Positions 11,057 to 22,795 of a stretch of 64,000 nucleotides of DNA are shown piece by piece. Location: contig NC_087438.1 in assembly GCF_036321535.1 (NCBI RefSeq), positions 6,884,001-6,948,000 on the forward strand, read 5' to 3'. The position numbers and the translations under genes are program-made. Under the pieces are notes generated by a model. The model searched no databases and was not told the origin of the DNA. It saw only the letters and a program-made list of their open reading frames with translations. Origin of the DNA: Camelus dromedarius (Eukaryota). Numbering within the stretch: the stretch's first letter is position 1; every line of letters starts with the position of its first letter.

Positions 11057-12090
11057 TCAAATGAAGTTGAGACCTAAGTACTTCAGAAATGTGACAGACA
11101 GGAGGTAGACATCGTATCATCGTCGGGAGAGCAAAGGAAGGAAGACACATAGAAGCTGAAGCCAAAGTAAAATGAGCCTGTTTGCAAATGCAGCCTAAAC
11201 TGAGGACCAAAGTAAGTGATGCAATGAGAGGATACTTGGAAAGTGTCCTCCCAGTGCTTTGGGTCATTACTGTTATTCTTTTTAATTTGGTCTACTGAGG
11301 GACTTAATGATTATAGATAGCATCGTCAAGAATTTCCTGGAAACTAAAGAGGCACATTCTGGGGAAACAATCCAAAACAAGTATCAAAATAAAACCCAAC
11401 CAAACAAAAACAGGAGAGGCAATGTCAAATGCTAAACAAAATCTAAAAGCAGAAATGAAAAATATTATTCATATATTAGCATGAGCTTGAGGATAATGTT
11501 TCACTCTGGGACCAATTACTGCAAGGAAGGAGCTAGAAAATGGAGGCAATAAACTATTTTTTAAAAGAGCAAGAGAAAAAGAGGAGAGACATAAATATAA
11601 TTAGATGAGATTTATACTAACCAAGAAGATTTCCCATGAAGGGCTAGAGAACAAAGAAGGTCTTTGAGTGCAGAAAATGGGAACTTCAAGGAGAAAATAC
11701 CAGTATGTGATAGTTCATGAAGTCCTGAAATGCTGAGCACTTACTGACTGATACCTGTACACTGCTTCCCTTAGCAGCAGTCATATCTTATCCGTCCTGG
11801 ACTCCTCAGAGTCTGGGATAATGCCCTACACACACGTGTCAGACAAACCTCACGTCCCCAGTGCCTCCCCAACACTCCAGCTCTACGGTTCTGCCCCTCC
11901 CCTCTCTGGGAACACAGTACAATGGACAGAAAAGAGGTCATTTGAAGTAGCTTTCCCACATCTGCCCAACATTGCACGTCTATCTCCTCATTAAAAAATG
12001 TTCAAAGCTCACCTTCTCTGAATATATTTATTTAGTATTCTGAGAAAATACATTGAGGTGAACATGTTTGCTCATGTCTAAACCATCCCC

Positions 12091-12133
12091 GTGCACGCGT
12101 GCGCGTGCACACACACACACATACACACAGACA
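12091..12133. repeat. Alternating purine-pyrimidine / (CA)n microsatellite
   Basis: gtgcacgcgtgcgcgtgcacacacacacacatacacacagaca. Confidence 0.85.
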
Positions 12134-12858
12134 AAAATGAACACTGCTTGTAGAGCCCAAAATTGCTCAAGGACTTAGAAGCTCATAATACCAATATTTC
12201 AACATGTGCCAAATAAAGTTAACCAATTGAAAACAAAATTGGGTCCACATTTTCCAGCCTGACTGGTCATTTTTATAATTCCATACAGATTCTCTCCCTC
12301 CTTACTTCTTTCTAAATCTCATTTTCCCTCCGTTGTGAGCATGGGCAGCCTCAAAGTTCCTGTCTCAGGCCATCTGCTCTTTGCTGCTCAATGTCTCAGA
12401 AACCTCCTTCACCCCGTGATCTAACTACACAGTGTGAAAATAATTCCCAAAGCTACTGCCCAGCTCTGACAACTCGCTCTCTCTCCCAAGTTCTATGTAT
12501 GCAAGTACCTACAGGAAAACTCCACAGATAACCCTAAAGCATAAAAATCTCTTAGGCTGAAATCCAATTTGATCTTCTCTCAAGAAAAACTTCTCAAATT
12601 GTCCGTAATTACCAAGAGACTTGTCATATTCATAGACTTCAGATTTCAACCACCTGGAACATCTTCTTTGCTCTAATTTATGTAAAATATTACACGTGGT
12701 AAGTAGATCTATTTTAGCTCTCCTTTTTTAACAGAAGTCCTCTGCACTGTCCTATTTCTGTTTCCATAAAACTATGTCCTCAACATCTAATGTCTAAGTT
12801 CCTGAAAAAACATACAAATGGGTCTCCTTGTTTGGGGCGCTCCCAGTTCTAGATCATC

Positions 12859-13110
12859 TGTCTTAAGTCAGTTTCACTAGAAGCAGAACCTGGGATAAGA
12901 TTTCTTGTTCCCTGTGATTGACTGAAGGGGTGCTCTCAGGAGAAGGGGAGTGGGGACAGCTGGATAGGACAAGGGCAGAATGACAACAAAAGATGTGCTC
13001 TCGGCCAGAGATTCGCTTGAGCTGATGTCACAGGGAAGCTTTGAAGAATCCGTGACAAGGCAGAGTTGACTCTGTCTTGAAACACCACTCTGGCTGTGTG
13101 TTGCAACACT
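12859..13110 (-). mobile_element. ERVL solo LTR fragment (LTR16/LTR33-like)
   Basis: 'tgtcttaagtcagtttcactagaagcagaacctggga...gtgattgactgaaggggtgctctcaggagaa'. Confidence 0.65.
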
Positions 13111-13164
13111 ACCACACAACAGCTTACGTGAACGGGTCAGACCCCAGAGGGCAATCATGTTTCT

Positions 13165-13300
13165 ACACCCTGTACACACACTAACCCATTTATTTCTCAC
13201 AACCACCCTGTGAAATGGATGCTGTTTTCAAGTTCATTTTACAAATGAGGAAGTGGAAGCAAGAAAAGTGATGTAACTTGCCCAAAGCCACGCTGCTGGG
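13165..13300 (-). mobile_element. MIR SINE
   Basis: 'tctcacaaccaccctgtgaa...cattttacaaatgaggaagtggaagc...taacttgcccaaagccac'. Confidence 0.8.
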
Positions 13301-13689
13301 ACATACTCTGGACACCCAGGCCATAGGTCGTGCTGTCTCCTGACTTTTCAGGCATTTGGCTGCTTCTGTGTCCCCCCTCCTCTGGATTCCCAGATCTCCA
13401 GGGGCATTCCTGGAGCTTGGCCGTTATTTCATTGAATTGGGTTACAAAAGTCTCTTGATATAGCTCCCCACTTAGGTGGAGAAGCCAGATAAGGCGTGAT
13501 CCTCATGAGCCTGTAGCAAGGGGTTCAGGAAGTGTCGGCTAAGTGACAACTGATGAAGCCCTGACTTGGGTCAGCACTGTCGCTGTGGTCTCTTAACCAT
13601 GCCCCACCTCCCCCCAGCCCCTCCCTGCACCCACAGGCACAATACCGCTGTCTTGATCAGCTCTTTAAGGCCAAACTCTTAAGCTGCTG

Positions 13690-14130
13690 TCTTGGTCTCC
13701 CGTGATCTGTTCTCAGAACATCTTTCCTGCCTCCTCTTTCATGCCCCACTGCATCCAGTCCACACTCCGATCCAGCGCTACACTCCCTCTCTCCTGCCCG
13801 AACGTACAAGTCCCTCCCCCTCGAGGGGTCCATCCCATTCTAACCACGGGCGCAAGTCCTCCCTGCTCCGACGGCCCAGTCCATGCACCACTCCCCTAGC
13901 CCCGCCACTGAGCATCCTCTCCCCTCCTCGGGGCTCTGATGGCACATCTCTATGACTCTGGTGCATATGACTCTATGCATACAGCGTTCCTCTCACGTCA
14001 ACCAACCCTCTACATGTGTGTCTGTCTCTGGAAGCTGGATCCATGTCAGATTTATCGATATCACCCAGAAGCACCTAGCACAATGGCAGGCGGATAGTAG
14101 GCATTCGATGACTATCTCCACGATGAATAA
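13690..14130 (+). mobile_element. L2 3' region (degenerate)
   Basis: C/T-rich body ending 'cacctagcacaatggcaggcggatagtaggcattcgatgactatctccacgatgaataa'. Confidence 0.55.
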
Positions 14131-17100
14131 GTGATGTTAGAGCCGGCTTGCATCTGTGAGGTATTCACCGTTAGCCTGTTCAAAAGGGAGCAGGGTGACA
14201 GCGTGCAGTGGGGTGATGGCGTGCAGCGGGATCAATCAGAGGGCACGTCCCCGCCAGCTTCCCATCGGCAGATGTTGCCCATTGAAGTGCCTGTTCCAGC
14301 GCTGTTGCCAAACAGAAGGTTCTCTTGGCAGGAGCGTTGGCACACACTGCGTTCTGCAGGCTGCGCCCCTGAGCCAGCTCCTCCATTGGCAAACAAGCCT
14401 TCTCGGAACTGGCTTGTGCCACCCTCCACAGGCCTCCTGCCACCCAAACAGATGGGCACAAATGTAAGTGTGCCGGGCAGCAAGTGTGCACATCAGCTCG
14501 GAGCTCCCAATAAAAGATTTGTCTCTTGTTCACGGTGTCACCCGTCCAAACAGCAAAAGCACCTGCTGTGTCATGTGAGGTGTTGCAAAGGAAATACCCT
14601 CATGTTCTAATTTGGGAATCCATTAATTAAAGCATCCCGGACCTGGAGGTGGGAGTGAGGGTGAGAAAGAGATGAAAGAAAACACTGTCTCCCTTAAAGC
14701 TTTGGCTGGTGGCGTCCGTGGAGCCGGAGAGAGATGCTTTCTCTTTCCAGGTGGAGTTCAGATTTAAGACTTAACTGTAGGCAGCAGCTAAATCCACGAG
14801 TGGGACTTCTAGGGTTGCCGGTGAGGCAACGGGATGACAGACACTCCTCTCAGGGCCTCGTATGCCTCCACAGACAGGGGTGAATAAAAGTTTAAACTCT
14901 CCCCATCTAAGCCAAAATCTATAAACCGGGTTCCAGCAGCGTAAGTACAGAGAGAAGAATAATGCACTCACCATCCCACCTTATTGACAAGCTCGTTGCA
15001 GTTATGTCCCCACCCGGGCTGAAAACCTTTATTGACTCAGGGGTTATCTTCATCATCTGATGGCTTGAGACGTCTGGACAACACAGTCAGCTACAGGAGC
15101 TGCCCCGTGGCCTTTGCGTACATTACAATTTAAAAAGCCTGCAATTGGCAAAGAAATAATACCACCTACAAATCTAAACTACTTTCGTCCTGGTCTTTTT
15201 TGAGATGCTAAAGACAGATAGGAACTGCCTCGATCTTGGGCGGCAGATCTCACGAGTAATTTCTTCTGCTGGGCTTTGTGTTTTTGCTCTTACTTTCCAA
15301 ACTCTAATATGCCCATGACTCATTCGGAATACGAGAAGTGCAGCTTGAACTTCCCAGTCGGTCATGTGCAGAATGTGCCAAACAGCTACAGGACCACAGG
15401 GGAGCCACTCAGTGGGAAGCAGACCGTCTGGCAAAACCGTCCAGTGGACAGCAGGTGACTCAGTTGCTGGGCCAATTTGCCGGTCCAGTGCTGGAAGATG
15501 CTCAGGCTCAGAAGTGGGTTATAAATGTTCATTCAGGGCTGTAACATTTGGAAATGGAAAACCTTAAAGATCCCAAGCTTTGCTGGTCACACTGGGGGTG
15601 TCAGGTGCTTCTCTGTAGATAAAATCCATCCAGTCTGTTTATTGTCTGCCTTTTAAGTCACTCCTTGTTTCCAGACAGCTCCAGACAGAGACTTGACAAG
15701 GGATTAAGTATCCATCGCGAATGTGGCTCAGACATTGAAAAAGAACAAGAGGGAAAGAAGTTTAAATATCTCGCTGTGACAGCCTGGAATGTTGTGTTTA
15801 TTAACCCATGGCTGCTAATGTATAGCCCCACTGTGCATCACCATTGCGCTTGAAATATTTTTCTACAAGGAAAAAGTGAGTTTATTTTTAATAATGAGTC
15901 AAGCCCTCACCTCTGGAACACTTCATCAAACGTTTTGAAGACAGCCTCTAATTTTATTTACGAATATACATGCATTCCTAGAGCTTCAAAAGTGTTCAGA
16001 AACCACTGGTTTTTCAGTCAGAATTAGTCCAAGAGTTTGACTTTAGCATTTTTGGGTGACTTAATTGTAGATCATAAGTACGTCCAAACTCGTCTTGGCT
16101 GTCCAGATTTTTTTTTTTTTTTCATTCTCTACTCTCTCTGGCAAGAAGTCACTACAATGTTCATTTGTCTGGTAGCAGGATGAACGGCCAACTCCTGGCA
16201 TGTACAAGTTGAGGAAGCTGTAATTTGCTCCCTGTTTCCCTTGAAGGTCACTAAATTTAACACTGTGATTGAAACCCAGCACCTTCTATAAATCTCCAAA
16301 GAACTGTGGTTCCTAAGGAGCCAGATAATTTGGAGGTGGGCTATGTTGACCTGTGCACACGTGTTAAACAATTATAAATTGTTTCCTTTCATCTGTCTCA
16401 GAAGTGATCTATAGCAAGACTCCAAAATATAAATCCGCTCTGAAACGAGACAGCTAGGAAACAGCCCATGAGGACTGGTGGTTTCATCCACAAGGCTGAC
16501 ACCCCTGTATGGCTTCAGATGGTGACAAATGGCACTGATTTTCAGCCTTGGTTTGACTTGAACTGGTCGCTTCTATCTCTAGCTTCCCTCCTGCAGAAAA
16601 AAAAAGTCTCATTTATCCCCTTGGCTTCATTCCCAGTCAGTGAGTGAGGGCGACACTTCTCCCAGGTAACCATCTCAGAGTTTTCTAGCTGAGCTAGTTG
16701 GTGTAGAAATGTTTTGACACTGGAAAATACACGATAAAAATCATTCTTTCACTTTGCGCCTGGGAGGGAGGGTAGGACATGTAGGACAGAGTGGTTCTGC
16801 CTTTGCCTCTCTCACTCCATGTCATCTTTGATATCCCAGGATGGAAAGTTGGTTTTCTCCCTGGATACACATGAAGCCATGGAGGTCTCTGGGTCCTCTA
16901 ACTGGGCATAACTAGGGACGTCTCTGCAGGAAGGTACCTTTGTTGGGGTAACAGTGACTCCTGGCCAAATGGGAACAGGCATGTAAAAGTACTTGAGGCA
17001 GAAGAATTGAGGCCAAGTGACAAATGACAGAGGAAAAAGCATGTTTGAGTGACAAGAAGGTGTAAGGTACTGACCAATACTGAACTCCAAACCCAGCTCC

Positions 17101-17180
17101 TTATAATTTCTATTGGTCTAAACTGAAAGCCTTCTCCCTATGTTTAATCGTCTCATTTCCATCCGACTCACACAGTTTCC

Positions 17181-17624
17181 TGTATTAGTTCCCTAGGGCT
17201 GTAATGAAGTAGCACAGACCAGAGGCCTTAAACAACAGAACGTTATTGTCTCACAGTCCGGAGTCAGAGCCCAAGACCAAGGTGTCAGCAGTGGGAGCTC
17301 CTTCTGAGGCACTCGGGAAGAATCTGACCACGCCTCTGACCTGGCTTTTGGAGGTCTGCTGGCTGGAATCTCTGGTGTTCTTTAGCCAGAGAAACATCAC
17401 CCTGATCTGTCTTCATGTTCATGTGTATGTCTTTGTGTATAAATTTTCCCCTTTGATATGGATACCAGTCACATTGGCTCAGTTACCCACCCTGCTTCAG
17501 TATAATCTCATCTTAACTAACTACTATGCAACAACCCTATTTCCAAATGAGGTCTCTTTCTGAGATACTGGGAGTTAGGGCTTCAACATATAAATTTGAG
17601 GAGGGCACTATTCAACTCCTAACA
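17181..17624 (-). mobile_element. MaLR solo LTR (MLT1C-like)
   Basis: 'tgtattagttccctagggctg...ttaaacaacagaa...aaggtgtcagcag...accctatttccaaatgaggtc...gagttagggcttcaacatataaattt...caactcctaaca'. Confidence 0.85.
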
Positions 17625-18297
17625 CCCTCTACACAATATTTCTGTAACAATCTGTATCCTCCTCCTCAGGCAGAGGGACCACAGCCTCACCAAACAGAGT
17701 TAGAATAAGGGACAGAGGCTGTTTGAGGCAATATAAGACCACAGAATCCCTGACATGTTCAAACTGCAGCAACAAAAAGAAAATCAGAAACCAGTTCACT
17801 AAAGAAGAAAGTCTGATGGACTGCCAAACTCAAAGGACCAGAAGGAAGTATCAAAGTTTAAGCTAAGAGCAGAGGAAGCTGTAAAATTGGATTCAATATA
17901 AATATACAAAAAAAGCAAGGAAAGGTAAATAAATGAGGTTCAATGATCAAAACTAAAGTTTGATAAGTCTTTTCTCACTCCAAAGAGCTATTCACGTTTT
18001 GTGGAAAAGCAGCCAGCCCAACTCAAACACAGGAGATAGTTCTGTATAAAAGGAGCTGAGTGGTTTTTTCCCAAATCCTCAGACACTGTCTCTTTATAAT
18101 GAGTCTGGCTCATGAGTCTGGAGAGAAGAGTCAGTACATCCCATTCAAAGGATCTTTTAGGTGTTAGGGCCCAATTCTTCCCCAGAAGCCTGGTTAAGAA
18201 GTACTGAAAGACAGTAAAAGTCCTACATTCTGATAAGTATCAAGGCAAATTTTCCTTTTTGAAAAAAAAAAACTATTTCCTAGTTTTCTGTGTGCTT

Positions 18298-18362
18298 TTT
18301 TTAATTGAGTTACAGCCAGTTTACAATGTTGTGTCAACTTCTGGTGTATAAACAAGTTTATA
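18298..18362 (-). mobile_element. Extremely truncated camelid L1 3' tail
   Basis: 'ttttttaattgagttacagccagtttacaatgttgtgtcaacttctggtgta'; TSD CTGTGTGCTT at 18288-18297 and 18363-18372. Confidence 0.8.
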
Positions 18363-20286
18363 CTGTGTGCTTGTTTTTATAGAAAGGACTGGATTTGTAT
18401 TTTATTTTTAACAAAAAAGGTAATAACTTCCATTTCCAACAGTAGCTTATGAGAAACAAGCCTTGAGATGAAAGCAACTAAAAATGCTGGATAAAAATAT
18501 TAAGAATAATTCCCTGAGAGAATTTAAACACTGTCAGGATAATAAAAAATATAATAATAACCTAAACAAAATCTAAGAAAAACCGAAACCCAGAGAGCCA
18601 AGCACGGGACACTGAATCTACTTTGACCTGAAGGCAATTGCCCATCCTGAGAAGCTCCCACTTTGGTTTCACAGCACAAGGGACAGAGGTCAATGTCCAG
18701 GCTCTGTCCCAAGTGAGGAATCTATTAGGGGACCGTCCTCACATTAAGCTGGAGGCAAAAAAGTTAACAGTGAGCCATAATTAAATTCTTCTTACACATT
18801 TATGCGGGAAACTGTCCAGACCTTGTTTGCAGCAGGTAGGAAAAAAAGAAAAAATGTCCCTACGAAATTATAGCCATGGGCTAACCTTTACAGCACTGCC
18901 TGGGAGATCCAGGTATCCTCAAGCCACAAACTTGGTTATGGTGGTCCCAGACCAGAAGACCTCCTGAAACTTGACAGTAGCAGTTGCACATCCTCTCCAG
19001 AGAAAATCACCTTTCTCCTGACCCTCAAAAGATCACCATAACAAATTCTGACAGCAATGAACAGCACACCAGCAAACAAGCTCACCACAAAAGAAATCAC
19101 CGTGAGCAAGTTAAAGAAAAGTAGACATCAGAATCATACTCACAAGACTACAGTATTAGAATTGTCAGAAATAGATTATAAAGTAATTAAGATTACTATA
19201 CACAGGGAATAAGATTTTCTTTTTAAAAAGTGACCTAGCACATTTGAAAGAGAACCAAATAGAACTCCTAGAAATTTAAAAAAAAAAATACAGAAAAGAA
19301 AAAAGTTTAAATGCATGAACAAGTTTAACAATACATTAGAAACAGCTGAATGGAGAATTGATGATCTGGAGGGTAGGCCAGATAATGAAACCAAGACTAC
19401 TGTGAAATATCGTCTTCAACTAAGCTTAAAGGCAATAACTTCCGACCATCAAAATATAATTTAAGAATGAGAGTAAAACACATTTTCAGTAAACATAAGC
19501 TGAGACAATTTACCATCAGCAGGACTTTCGCAAAGGAAATCCTGAAATATATAGTTCAAGCAGAAGGGAAGTAACCATGGAAGGAAAATAATAGAATTAA
19601 AAAAAAAAAACTTTAAAGGGCAACTATAATTAAATATTGGCTGCATACAACAATAAACATGTCTTGAGTGGAGTTAAATAAAATAATAATACAAATAAGT
19701 CAGAGGAAATAAAGCTAAAATACTGTTTTGTCCAAGAGAAGAGGTAGGATGTTGATCAAATTTAAAATGTGATCAGTTAAATATGTAGGTTGTGATTTCT
19801 AAGATAACTACTAAAAAAGACAGAGACAGAATAGATCACTTCAAAATAAGAAGGTGGAAAAAGTAGACTGATATGAAATAGTCTCACAAAAATGAAAAAA
19901 GATAAAAGAAACATAAATAGAAAGAGGCAAATTGAAAGGGCACTAAAGTGATGATACATTTAAACCATAACATTGAAATCATTGCATTAAATGTAAACAG
20001 ATTAAATGTTCCAGGTAAGAGCAAAGATCATCCAATAGATTTCTAAAAGACCCGCTGTTATGTTGTGCGTAATGGATACATCCAAAACATAAGGACACAA
20101 CCAGACTGGATAAAAGGATTCCAATACATGTGCCAGTAACTGCTAACCAAAAGATAAAAGCCATGGCTTTTTTAACATTAGATAAAATAGCCTTTAAGGC
20201 AGTAAATATTGCTAGAGATAAAGAGAGTCCTCTTATAAAGGATTTAATTCACCAGAAAGACTTAAACGTTTCAATTCATATATGCC

Positions 20287-20385
20287 TGTAGTGAGCTGAA
20301 CGGTTACCTTCAAAAAAATATTTCCCCATCCTAATGCCCAGAACCTGTAAATGCTGCCTTATTTGTAAAACTTCTCCTGAGGTTA
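20287..20385 (+). mobile_element. MLT1 LTR 5' fragment inside the L1
   Basis: 'tgtagtgagctgaacggt...catcctaatgcccagaacctgtaaatgctgccttatttg'. Confidence 0.65.
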
Positions 20386-21327
20386 ATTAAAAATAGACAA
20401 AAAACAAGAAAACTCAAATGTCTAATATCAAGAATTTTAAATCCTAAATAATTATTAGCACATTGATTAAATGTACAATTCATTTTTAAAAATAGAACAC
20501 AAAATATACAAGAATAAATCAATGGGTTTATTCCAGAAATATAAGCTTGATTTAATATTAGAAATTAAATTAATGTACCTCACTTCTAACAGATACAGAT
20601 TATCTGAATAGATGCTGCCAAACTGACAAAATTTAACATCTATTCATAAAATCATTTATATAAATAAGCATAGAAGAGAATTTCCTAAATATGATAAAAG
20701 GAATCTAAAAGTCATTCCCTATTTGATATTAAAATGAATGAAAATTCTAATTTTCTGATCAGGAATAGGACAATAATGCTTGTTATCACTACTTCTGCTT
20801 AAGTTGTGTTCTAGGTCCTATCCAGCACAGTAATACTGTAAGAGGGGGGAAAATGTATAAAAAAGATTTAAAAGGGAATATCCAAAGATCTCTTTAGTTT
20901 CAGACAACATAGTTGAGTCTTTAGAAAATCCAAAATAATCTAAAGATGCTAATCAGAAAGTATGAGTTTAAATTCCACTTACAGTAGCATCAAAACACAT
21001 GAACTACCTAGGGATAAATGTAACAAGGACATCACGACCTCTACCATAAGCACTACAAACATAGCGGAGATAAATTTTAAAGGAATTAAGTAAATGGAGA
21101 GACATGCCATGTTCATAAATTGGAAGGCTCAATATAGTTAATAGGGTCAATATAGTTAAATGCCAATTCTTCTAAATTAATGTGAAGATTCAATGCATTT
21201 CCAGGCCAAACTCTGGCAAGTTTTTTTAGTAGTTAATCACAACCTGGTTTTAAAATGTGTATGGAAATGCAAGAACTTGGAATAATCAAAGCAATGTTTG
21301 CGCTGAGAACAAAGATGAAGGATTTAC

Positions 21328-21696
21328 TGTGCAAAAGCTTATAAATTTAATTAGGTCTCATTTGTTTATTTTTGCTTTTATTTCTATTGCCTGGATAGAC
21401 TGCCCTAGGAGAACATTGCTAAGATCTATGTCAGAAAATGTTTTGCCTATGTTTCTTCTAAGAGGTTTATAGTGTCTTTTCTTATGTTTGTCTTTAAGCC
21501 ATGTTGAGTTTAGTTTTGTCTATGTTGAGAGGGAGTGTTCTAACTCCACTGATTTACATGCGGCTGTCCAGCTTTCCCAACACCAGAAATGTGAAAATGA
21601 ATATATAAATGTATATGTATGACTGAAACATTATGCTGGACACCAGAAATTGACACAACATTGTAAACTGCCTAGACTTCAATTTAAAAAAATAGG
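21328..21696 (+). mobile_element. 5'-inverted camelid L1 insertion
   Basis: Antisense ORF2 piece 21328-~21585, then sense 3' tail with poly-A; perfect 17-bp TSD AAAGATGAAGGATTTAC at 21311-21327 and 21697-21713. Confidence 0.9.
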
Positions 21697-22344
21697 AAAG
21701 ATGAAGGATTTACCCAACCTGGCTTCAGACTTACTATAAAGCAATAAAAATCAATGCAGTTTGGTTCTGACAAAAAGATAGACATGGATCAATGCAACAA
21801 ATAGCAAGTCCAGAAACAGATCCAGACATACATGGCCACTAAATTTTTGACAAAGTTATCAAGGCAATTCAACGTGGAAGGGAAAGTCTTCAACAGACAG
21901 TGCTGGATCAAATGTGTATCCACATGGAAAGTAATAATAATAATAACATCAACCCTTACTTCACATCACTTTTAAAAATTAACTCCAAATAGATCACAGA
22001 CCAAAGAGTAAAGCCTTAACTGTAAAATTTCTGAAAGAAAACACAGCAGAAAAAATTTGTGACCCTGTAGTAGGCAAAGATTTCTGAAACAGAACTCAAA
22101 AATCATAAAATGTAAAAGAAAAAATGATAAATTGGAATTTGGCTAAATTTAAAACTTTTATTCTCGGACAGATGTTATTTAAAAACTTGAAAGACAGACT
22201 TAGGTGGAAAGCATTATTGGCAACACATGTATCCAACAAATGACTTGTCTAAGAAACACATGCAGAACCGCCCCAGTCGATACTGAGAAAACCCAATTTT
22301 TTTAAATGGGCAAAAGACATGAACACTTCATCAAAGAATATATA

Positions 22345-22795
22345 CAGTTCTTCCTCGACTTACAACGGGGTTACTTCCTGATAGACCTACGATAAGTTGA
22401 AAATATCATTAGTCAAAAATGCATTTAATACACCTAAAGTACCAAACATCATGGCTTAACCTAGCCGACCTTAAACGTGCACAGAACACATAATTAGCCC
22501 ACAGTTGGACAGCATCACCTAACACAAAGCCTATTTTATAATAAAGTGTTTAATATCTCATGTAACTGAATACTGTACTGAAAACGGTTGTCTGGGTACA
22601 GAATGGTTGCAAATGTATCAGTTGTTTCCTCTGGTGCTGGCGGGGCTGACTGGGAGCTGTGGACCGCTGCCACCGTCCAGCATCACAGGAGAGTACCATC
22701 TGGCATATCACTGCTCAGGAAAGATCAAAATTCAAAGTATACTTTCTACTAAATGAGTATCACTTTTACACTATTGTAAAGTAAAAAAACTAAGC
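22345..22795. mobile_element. Tigger5/MER47-family TcMar DNA transposon
   Basis: TA then 'cagttcttcctcgacttacaacggggttac...aagttgaaaatatc...gcatttaatacacctaa...cttaaacgtgcacagaacac...aacacaaagcctattttataataaagtgt'. Confidence 0.85.

Larger units (their letters stand above)
18420..22340 (+). mobile_element. Old, internally deleted L1M (5' region, ORF1, ORF2) with nested insertions
   Basis: A-rich; 'ttagaaacagctgaatggagaattgatgatctgga', 'cattttcagtaaac', 'attaaatgtaaacagattaaat', 'gacatgccatgttcataaattggaag', 'aaatgggcaaaagacatgaacac'; no intact ORF. Confidence 0.85.

Noticed and set aside
21130..21160. Short duplications (tcaatatagttaa x2; also ~5523-5543, ~42955-42983, ~51008-51033)
   Set aside because: Ordinary slippage-scale duplications with no further structure.
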